Source: Candidatus Levyibacteriota bacterium
Lineage (GTDB): Bacteria; Patescibacteriota; Microgenomatia; Levybacterales; UBA12049
Length of the DNA stretch: 48,387 nt
Assembly: GCA_016204465.1 (NCBI GenBank)
Contig: JACQKQ010000036.1
Location: 1 to 48,387 of the forward strand
Direction: 5' to 3'
Under the pieces are notes generated by a model that saw only the letters and a list, made by a program, of their open reading frames with translations, ran no database searches and was not told where the DNA came from. The stretch's first letter is position 1; the number at the start of each line of letters is the position of its first letter. Positions 37,160 to 43,608 of this stretch are shown piece after piece. Position numbers and translations under genes: made by a program.

Positions 37160-37811
37160 AGAGTGGCTTTTTATTACACTAGCTACATTTGCTACAGTCG
37201 GGGTTATATTTGTGGTAACTTTTTTCTTAGCAAAAGACACTCCTAAACCAAACACATCCACATCGGATGTAAAACAGCAATCAGTTTTGTCAAACGATGA
37301 TATGTCTTCACATCATGCTCCTGCATCTCCTTCGGACTCTACAGCATTTAACAGCTTAGTGGGCAAAACAGCCCCTGATTTTACGCTAGAAGATTACACT
37401 GGTAAGGCAGTTACTTTAAGCAGTCTTAAGGGAAAAAAGGTATTGCTATTTTTTAATGAAGGGATTATGTGCTATCCATCCTGCTGGAACCAAATTGCGG
37501 CTTTCGGAAGTGCAACTGAATTTGATAATGAGACAATAATTTTAAATATAGTAGTTGACCCAAAAAAAGACTGGCAGCAGGCCATAAGCAAGATGCCGCA
37601 GCTTGCTAAAGCCACTGTTTTATTTGATAGTAATGCTACCGTTTCCAACCAATACGGAGTATTGAACCTACCATCATCCATGCACAGAGGCCAATACCCA
37701 GGCCATAGTTATGTCATTATAGACAAAGAAGGAATAATCAGATTCACCATGGATGATGAAAAGATGGCGGTCAGAAACAAAGAGCTAGCTGAAGAGATGA
37801 ATAAATTGTAA
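37149..37811 (+). CDS. Membrane-anchored thioredoxin-fold protein (redoxin; Sco-like CxxxC/His)
   Basis: APDFTL..VTLSSLKGKKVLLFF, CYPSC, GHSYVIIDKEG. Confidence 0.8.
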   Translation: MRNKEWLFITLATFATVGVIFVVTFFLAKDTPKPNTSTSDVKQQSVLSNDDMSSHHAPASPSDSTAFNSLVGKTAPDFTLEDYTGKAVTLSSLKGKKVLLFFNEGIMCYPSCWNQIAAFGSATEFDNETIILNIVVDPKKDWQQAISKMPQLAKATVLFDSNATVSNQYGVLNLPSSMHRGQYPGHSYVIIDKEGIIRFTMDDEKMAVRNKELAEEMNKL

Positions 37812-37869
37812 TGCAATTCTAGCAACCCTGCACCAGACGTGGGGGGTCGAAAAATGAAAGGAGGTAAAA

Positions 37870-38052
37870 GTGGAAGATCCGGTTTGTAAAATGAAGATTA
37901 GGAAAGAGACTGCGCTTTCTCAAAATTATAAGGGGAAGACATATTATTTTTGTTCCGAGAATTGTAAAAACAGTTTTAATGCCAAACCCGAGCAATATTT
38001 ACAAAAAGGTAAAGCCAGTGTTCATGGCTGCAGCTGCTGCCATAAATCTTAA
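37870..38052 (+). CDS. YHS-domain protein
   Basis: DPVCKM, KTYYFCSENCK; AGGAGG RBS; C-terminal HGCSCCH. Confidence 0.9.
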   Translation: MEDPVCKMKIRKETALSQNYKGKTYYFCSENCKNSFNAKPEQYLQKGKASVHGCSCCHKS

Positions 38053-38076
38053 TGAAGATGGTGTATACTTCAAGTC

Positions 38077-38751
38077 ATGAGAGTGATAATAATAGAGGAC
38101 GAGCAGCGGCTTTCCAATACAGTCAAAAATGGTCTTTCTGAAGAAGGTTTTGCCGTTGACCAGGCTTTTGATGGTAAGGAAGGACAATATTTAGCACAAT
38201 CAGAAACCTATGACCTGATTATCCTTGACCTGATGCTGCCAAAAGTTGACGGGGTTACAGTCTGCAAAAATCTGCGTGCCAAAAATATTAAAACCCCGAT
38301 TATCATGCTGACAGCCAAATCAAGGTTGGAAGAGAAAGTTGAAGGTTTGGATGCAGGGGCTGATGATTACTTAACAAAACCCTTTGCCTTTGAGGAGCTA
38401 CGCTCAAGAATCCAGGCACTCCTTCGGAGAAGCCACAACCAAGCTGAAAATGTGTTAAATGCAGCTGATTTAACTGTTAATCCTATTAAACACACCGTTC
38501 AAAGATCCGGTAAAAAGATTATCTTAACCCCAAAAGAATTTTCCATTTTAGAATACCTTTTAAGGCATAAAGATGAGCTTGTCACCAGGACACAAATAAT
38601 AGAACACGCTTGGGATTACAATTTTGACAACATGTCCAATGTGGTGGATGTTTTTATTAATACTTTGCGTAAAAAGGTCGATGGCGGTTCTAAAACTAAA
38701 CTAATACACACAATCCACGGTGTTGGGTATAAGCTCGGGGTTGAAGGATAA
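38077..38751 (+). CDS. OmpR-family response regulator (CusR/CopR-like)
   Basis: IEDE, ILDLMLP, LTA, GADDYLTKPF, wHTH with TIHGVGY. Confidence 0.95.
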   Translation: MRVIIIEDEQRLSNTVKNGLSEEGFAVDQAFDGKEGQYLAQSETYDLIILDLMLPKVDGVTVCKNLRAKNIKTPIIMLTAKSRLEEKVEGLDAGADDYLTKPFAFEELRSRIQALLRRSHNQAENVLNAADLTVNPIKHTVQRSGKKIILTPKEFSILEYLLRHKDELVTRTQIIEHAWDYNFDNMSNVVDVFINTLRKKVDGGSKTKLIHTIHGVGYKLGVEG

Positions 38752-38767
38752 TAATCAAAAAAAGTTA

Positions 38768-39769
38768 ATGGGAAATTTGTTTAAAAGTATCAAAGCAAAG
38801 TTATTTTTCTGGTTTTTTACAAGCTTAATCTCCATTGCGGCTTATTTTTACCTGGCCATCCATATTTTTTCTTTGCCTTTCGGAAATCTTATCTTTTTAC
38901 TGCTTCTTTTAATACTTGCACTAGATGGTTTTTATATCATCTACAAAATTACCCGCAACCTCACCCAGCTTTCGGATAAGATGAAGACAATCAGCAGTAA
39001 AAACTTAAACGCACGAGTTGAAAATATTGATAGTGATGATGAGATTGGAAACTTAGCAAAAACATTTAACGGGCTCTTGGATAGGATCCAGCAGTCCTTT
39101 AAGAGGGAACAGCAGTTTATAGGTGATGTTGCCCATGAACTAAAGACACCCCTTGCCACACTGCAAACCAGCATAGAGATTGCCCTTAAAAAGAAGCGCA
39201 GCAGTCAGGAATACAAAGAAGTGCTCAAGGAAAGTTTAATTGACGTAAGTAAACTCTCCTCCACCCTAAAGAATGTATTGGATTTGGCTTGGTCTGAAGC
39301 GGAGTTTACCAAAAATGCAATGCAGAAGTTTAATCTGTCCCAAACCTTGGAAGAACTAAGAGAGATTGCAGAAAAGTTGGGTGCTTACAAAAATATTCAA
39401 CTTGACTCAAGCATTGATCCTGGTATAGAAATTTACGGGGACAGGGGAAAAATATCCCAGGTTTTATTAAACCTTTTGGATAATGCGGTTAAATATACAA
39501 AACCGGATGGAAAAATTTCGATCTCTCTTCGTGCAAAAGGCACAGCGGCTGAGGTTGAGATTAAAGATACCGGTTTGGGCATAGATCCCAGGGATTTAGA
39601 GCATATTTTTGACCGCTTTTACAGGGGTTCAAAGACCTCCAAAACCTTTGGCTCAGGGTTAGGATTGGCAATTGCCCAGGCTATTATTAAAGCCCACAGA
39701 GGAGCAATTAAGGTTAAAAGCAGAGTTAACCAGGGAACAACCTTCAAGATCATTTTACCCCTTAATTAA
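38768..39769 (+). CDS. Sensor histidine kinase (2 TM, HAMP, HisKA, HATPase)
   Basis: DEIGNLA HAMP, VAHELKTP H-box, NLLDNAVKY, DTGLGI, GSGLGLAI. Confidence 0.95.
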   Translation: MGNLFKSIKAKLFFWFFTSLISIAAYFYLAIHIFSLPFGNLIFLLLLLILALDGFYIIYKITRNLTQLSDKMKTISSKNLNARVENIDSDDEIGNLAKTFNGLLDRIQQSFKREQQFIGDVAHELKTPLATLQTSIEIALKKKRSSQEYKEVLKESLIDVSKLSSTLKNVLDLAWSEAEFTKNAMQKFNLSQTLEELREIAEKLGAYKNIQLDSSIDPGIEIYGDRGKISQVLLNLLDNAVKYTKPDGKISISLRAKGTAAEVEIKDTGLGIDPRDLEHIFDRFYRGSKTSKTFGSGLGLAIAQAIIKAHRGAIKVKSRVNQGTTFKIILPLN

Positions 39770-39774
39770 AGAAA

Positions 39775-39809
39775 TCTTAATCTTATCTTAATCCTTTTTT
39801 AAGTATCTT
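39775..39809 (+). promoter_or_regulatory. Direct-repeat regulator site plus -10, upstream of the DUF2933-like gene
   Basis: TCTTAAT-N4-TCTTAAT, then TATCTT at 39804. Confidence 0.55.
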
Positions 39810-39831
39810 CCATATATAATCTTTTAAGAAG

Positions 39832-39996
39832 GTGAAAATTTTTGCAGTAGTTTTTTGTTTAGCTTTGGTAGCATTGGTTTTTGTTGCAGTCAGAATTTTT
39901 AATCTCTCTTTGGGGACAGTTCTTTTATGGGGAGTGTTTTTAGCATGCCCTTTATTACATCTTTGGATGATGAAAGACGGCGGAAACAAACATTAA
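39832..39996 (+). CDS. DUF2933-like small membrane protein (54 aa, absent from the ORF track)
   Basis: Manual translation MKIFAVVFCLALVALVFVAVRIFNLSLGTVLLWGVFLACPLLHLWMMKDGGNKH*; the CPLxH motif is typical of DUF2933. Confidence 0.8.
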   Translation: MKIFAVVFCLALVALVFVAVRIFNLSLGTVLLWGVFLACPLLHLWMMKDGGNKH

Positions 39997-40007
39997 GCTT
40001 ACAATAT

Positions 40008-40042
40008 TCTTCATACTTTCTTAATCTTTAATGTTGTATTAT
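40008..40042 (+). promoter_or_regulatory. Direct-repeat regulator site plus -10, upstream of csoR-copA
   Basis: TCTTCAT-N4-TCTTAAT, then TATTAT at 40037. Confidence 0.55.
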
Positions 40043-40043
40043 A

Positions 40044-40058
40044 TCCCCTATAGGGGGA
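40044..40058. promoter_or_regulatory. CsoR-type operator
   Basis: CCCCTATAGGGG perfect palindrome (C-tract/G-tract) between the -10 and the csoR start. Confidence 0.7.
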
Positions 40059-40064
40059 CTTGAT

Positions 40065-40337
40065 ATGTATAAACCGAAAGATACTCATGAACACATAGTA
40101 CATAGGCTTAAAATCAGCCAGGGACATCTTGCAAAGGTGGTTAAAATGGTGAACAATAAAAGTTACTGTATAGATATTATTCACCAATCAAAAGCAGTAC
40201 AAAACGCTTTAAAAGAGGTTGACAGCTTAATTTTGGATAACCATTTAAGAACTTGTGTTGGTGAATATTTTAAAAGCGGAAAGCAGGAAAAAGCTATTTC
40301 AGAGTTGATGAACGTATTTGAAAAAGGAGCAAAGTAA
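40065..40337 (+). CDS. csoR: CsoR-family copper-sensing repressor
   Basis: RLKISQGHL, YCIDIIHQ..AV, HLRTCV (Cys-His-Cys ligands). Confidence 0.93.
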   Translation: MYKPKDTHEHIVHRLKISQGHLAKVVKMVNNKSYCIDIIHQSKAVQNALKEVDSLILDNHLRTCVGEYFKSGKQEKAISELMNVFEKGAK

Positions 40338-40339
40338 AT

Positions 40340-42568
40340 ATGGAACATAACATTTGTTACACCTGCCCGATGCACCCTAATGTAAAGCAGGAAAAGATAG
40401 GCAGTTGCTCTAAATGTGGCATGGAATTAGTTAAAAGTGCAAAGTTAAAAGTGCAAAGTGAAAAAGGACATGGAAAGCACGCAGGGCATGTTATGAAACC
40501 CACTGCTGAAATGTCCTTTTGGGAAAAGCTGAAGATGAGCATGGGTATGACGATGGGTATGGAGCATGGAGGCTTAGCGGGAAGGGAGATGGCCAGACTG
40601 ATGGAAGAGGATATCCGTAACAAATTCCTCTTTGCCTTAATTTTATCAATTCCAATTATTGCCTACTCTCCTTTCGGAATTGAATTTTTAAAACTTAAAC
40701 TGCCATCCCCAATTCCTATTCCCTGGCTTCTTTTCGTTTTAACTACCCCTGTCTTTTTCTATTCAGGCTGGATCTTTTTATACTCCACTTACAAAGCATT
40801 ACAGGCAAAAACTTTAAACATGGCTGTGCTTATTGCTGTTGGAATTACAGCAGCTTACGCCTTCAGTGTGATTTTAAGTCTTTTAGGAAGCAGTGATTCA
40901 TATTATGAAGCAGCAGCGCTTCTTATAACATTTGTCCTCTTTGGCCATTGGATGGAGATGAAATCCCGTCGTGGAACTACGGATGCACTTCAAGCTCTAT
41001 TTGCGCTTGTCCCACCTCAAGCCAGAGTTTTAAGAAATGGTAAAGAAGAATTGATCCCAACTACAGAGGTAAAACTGGGAGGTATTTTAGTCTTAAAACC
41101 CGGTGATAAAGTACCGGTTGATGGGCAAATTTTAGAAGGTGAAACAGCCATTGATGAGTCTTTAGTCACTGGTGAGTCTATTCCTGTGGCTAAAAAAACT
41201 GGAGACAGTGTAATTGGCGGTTCTATCAATACTACGGGATCTGTCCAGTTTAAGGCTACTAAAGTAGGTGAAGATACGGCTTTGGCTCAAATTGTCAAAA
41301 TGGTTGAGATTGCCCAAAATTCCAAAGCTCCGGGACAAAAGCTGGCCGACAGGTTTGCAAAATACCTGGTTATTGTGGCTGTTGGAGGAGGGCTTTTAAC
41401 ATTTGCTGTCTGGTTTTTTATTATTGGCCAGCCTCTTTTATTTGCTTTAACTTTTGCGATTTCAACCGTAGTTATTGCCTGTCCTGATGCTTTAGGCTTG
41501 GCGACTCCTACAGCTGTGGCTGTTGGTACAGGACTGGGGGCAAAGCACAATATTTTAATCAAAGATGCTCCAACTTTAGAGCAGGTTTCCAAAATCCAGG
41601 CTGTAGTTTTGGATAAAACAGGCACTTTAACAGAGGGCAAACCTGCCATTTCAAAAATAGTTGCTAAAAATGGCTTTTCTGAGTTTGATGTTTTAAAGCT
41701 GGTTGGAGCTGCAGAAGCCAAATCTTCCCATCCTCTGTCTAAAGCAATCCTTGATGAGCTGGAAAATAGAAAATTAGAATTACCTAAAAAGGTTGAACAG
41801 TTTAAGAACCTGGCAGGATTGGGTGTGCAGGCAATAGTTGAGGGTAGAAAGGTTTTGGTAGGGACAGTCAAACTAATGCAGCAAAATAATGTTGATCTTA
41901 ATGAGCTGGAAGCTGATGTTAATTCATTAGTTGCAGACGGCAACACCATTATGGTTTTAGCAGTTGACGGAAAAGCTGCAGGGGTAGTTGGCGCTGCAGA
42001 CCCTATAAAGCCTACTGCCAATAAGGCTGTCGAAAGACTTAATGAACTAGGAATAGAGGTTGCGATGATTACCGGTGACAACCAGAAAACTGCGGAGGCT
42101 GTGGCCAAAAAGATAGGTATAAATCGGGTGTTTGCAGATGTTATGCCAGAGCAAAAAGCAAATTATGTCAAAAAATTACAAGAAGAAGGAAAATTTACGG
42201 CCATGGTGGGAGACGGGGTCAATGATGCCCCTGCTCTGGCGCAGGCCGATATTGGAATTGCCATTGGGGCAGGAACAGATGTGGCTATCGAAACTGCTAA
42301 TGTGGTTCTGATGAAATCAGACCCGGCTGATGTTTTAAGGGCTATCAAGCTTTCTAAGGCTACTGTCAAGAAAATGAAGCAGAACCTGTTTTGGGCTTCC
42401 ATTTATAACTTATTGGCAATTCCGGTTGCCGCCGGAGTATTATATCCTAACTTCGGCATCTCGCTGCGTCCGGAGGTATCAGCACTTTTAATGAGCCTTT
42501 CATCAATTATCGTCGCAACTAATGCAGTACTTTTAAACAGAACAGAAAAAGACCTTATATCTATTTAA
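40340..42568 (+). CDS. copA: Copper-translocating P1B-type ATPase
   Basis: YTCPMHP..CSKCGM N-terminal domain, His/Met-rich linker, TGES, CPDALGLATP, DKTGT, HP, GDGVND, YN, MSLSS. Confidence 0.95.
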   Translation: MEHNICYTCPMHPNVKQEKIGSCSKCGMELVKSAKLKVQSEKGHGKHAGHVMKPTAEMSFWEKLKMSMGMTMGMEHGGLAGREMARLMEEDIRNKFLFALILSIPIIAYSPFGIEFLKLKLPSPIPIPWLLFVLTTPVFFYSGWIFLYSTYKALQAKTLNMAVLIAVGITAAYAFSVILSLLGSSDSYYEAAALLITFVLFGHWMEMKSRRGTTDALQALFALVPPQARVLRNGKEELIPTTEVKLGGILVLKPGDKVPVDGQILEGETAIDESLVTGESIPVAKKTGDSVIGGSINTTGSVQFKATKVGEDTALAQIVKMVEIAQNSKAPGQKLADRFAKYLVIVAVGGGLLTFAVWFFIIGQPLLFALTFAISTVVIACPDALGLATPTAVAVGTGLGAKHNILIKDAPTLEQVSKIQAVVLDKTGTLTEGKPAISKIVAKNGFSEFDVLKLVGAAEAKSSHPLSKAILDELENRKLELPKKVEQFKNLAGLGVQAIVEGRKVLVGTVKLMQQNNVDLNELEADVNSLVADGNTIMVLAVDGKAAGVVGAADPIKPTANKAVERLNELGIEVAMITGDNQKTAEAVAKKIGINRVFADVMPEQKANYVKKLQEEGKFTAMVGDGVNDAPALAQADIGIAIGAGTDVAIETANVVLMKSDPADVLRAIKLSKATVKKMKQNLFWASIYNLLAIPVAAGVLYPNFGISLRPEVSALLMSLSSIIVATNAVLLNRTEKDLISI

Positions 42569-42586
42569 AGAAAGAGGATTAAACAG

Positions 42587-43024
42587 ATGTTTAAAAAAGC
42601 TTCATATGAGGTCTTAAAAGGGATTATTGCCGCAATAATACTGTTAGCAGTGTATTTTACTGCTTTGATTTTGATTTCTGGATGGGTGTTTGCCCAAAGT
42701 CAGTTTAGGCAGTTTTGGTATTATGTGGTGACTTTGGCAATTGGTTTTGGTATTCAGGTAGGCTTGTATAGTTACTTAAGAAGTGCTGTTTCCCAAAAAG
42801 TTTCTCCCAGGGTTGTTGCTACAACAGGCGCTACCTCAACTGCAGCCATGATATCCTGCTGTGCTCACTACCTGGTAAATATATTACCCATTTTGGGAAT
42901 CACAGGGATTATCACTTTCATCAGTCAATATCAGGTGGAGCTTTTTTGGGTTGGTTTAGCTTTTAACTTTGCAGGTATTGTTTACATGACAAATAGGGTA
43001 TATAAGTTTAAAAAAAGAACATAA
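42587..43024 (+). CDS. Uncharacterised membrane protein with SCCAH motif
   Basis: About 4 TM; AMISCCAHYL; directly after copA. Confidence 0.8.
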   Translation: MFKKASYEVLKGIIAAIILLAVYFTALILISGWVFAQSQFRQFWYYVVTLAIGFGIQVGLYSYLRSAVSQKVSPRVVATTGATSTAAMISCCAHYLVNILPILGITGIITFISQYQVELFWVGLAFNFAGIVYMTNRVYKFKKRT

Positions 43025-43026
43025 AT

Positions 43027-43497
43027 ATGAAAATACAAATAAATCTCATTGTTTTTGGTTTGGTAATACTATTTATTTCAGTAGCTATATTATATTTTAC
43101 ACAAGGAAAAAGTAGTGAAAAGGCGCTACAGCAAGTTCCTCAAGTACAAACTGCAAATCAAAATGAATTAGAGACCCAGACATCTCAAGTTGAAAATATA
43201 ACGATCAAGGTAACACCACAGGATATTTCCAAGTCTTCCAGTGAGTGGAAATTTGAAGTTACCCTGGACACTCACTCCGGGTCCTTGGATCAGGATCTGC
43301 AAAAAACTTCAGTTCTTTTGGATAATAAGGGAAATCAATATAAACCTACTGCATGGGAAGGCAGCCCCGCTGGTGGACATCATCGAGAAGGGGTATTAAA
43401 GTTTAGACCAATCAGCTCAACTACCATTGAGTTAAAGATTATTGATTTTGTGGGTTCTCAATCCCAAATTTTCAAATGGACACTTAAAACTGACTAA
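43027..43497 (+). CDS. Uncharacterised exported His-motif protein
   Basis: N-terminal TM; LDTHSGSL and GGHHREG motifs. Confidence 0.8.
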   Translation: MKIQINLIVFGLVILFISVAILYFTQGKSSEKALQQVPQVQTANQNELETQTSQVENITIKVTPQDISKSSSEWKFEVTLDTHSGSLDQDLQKTSVLLDNKGNQYKPTAWEGSPAGGHHREGVLKFRPISSTTIELKIIDFVGSQSQIFKWTLKTD

Positions 43498-43574
43498 GTG
43501 AATTTTTCAAATTATTCCTGTCTGACGGTCTAAACTCCGAATTTGCATATTTATTTGGCTTAAAAAATGTCCAA
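43491..43574 (+). repeat. Dispersed cassette-boundary repeat, copy B
   Basis: Encodes LSEFFKLFLSDGLNSEFAYLFGLKNV; the stop of the last copper-cluster gene lies inside it. Confidence 0.88.
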
Positions 43575-43608
43575 GTAAGTACATCAGGAATAAAGATCAT
43601 TTGCGGAA

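Noticed and set aside
39783-39989. 68 aa minus-strand Lys-rich ORF
   Set aside because: It is the antisense of the DUF2933-like gene, which has the motif, promoter and operon orientation.
41287-42108. 273 aa minus-strand ORF and the many other 60-145 aa antisense ORFs
   Set aside because: They are shadows of well-supported genes on the opposite strand (here copA), with no motifs of their own.
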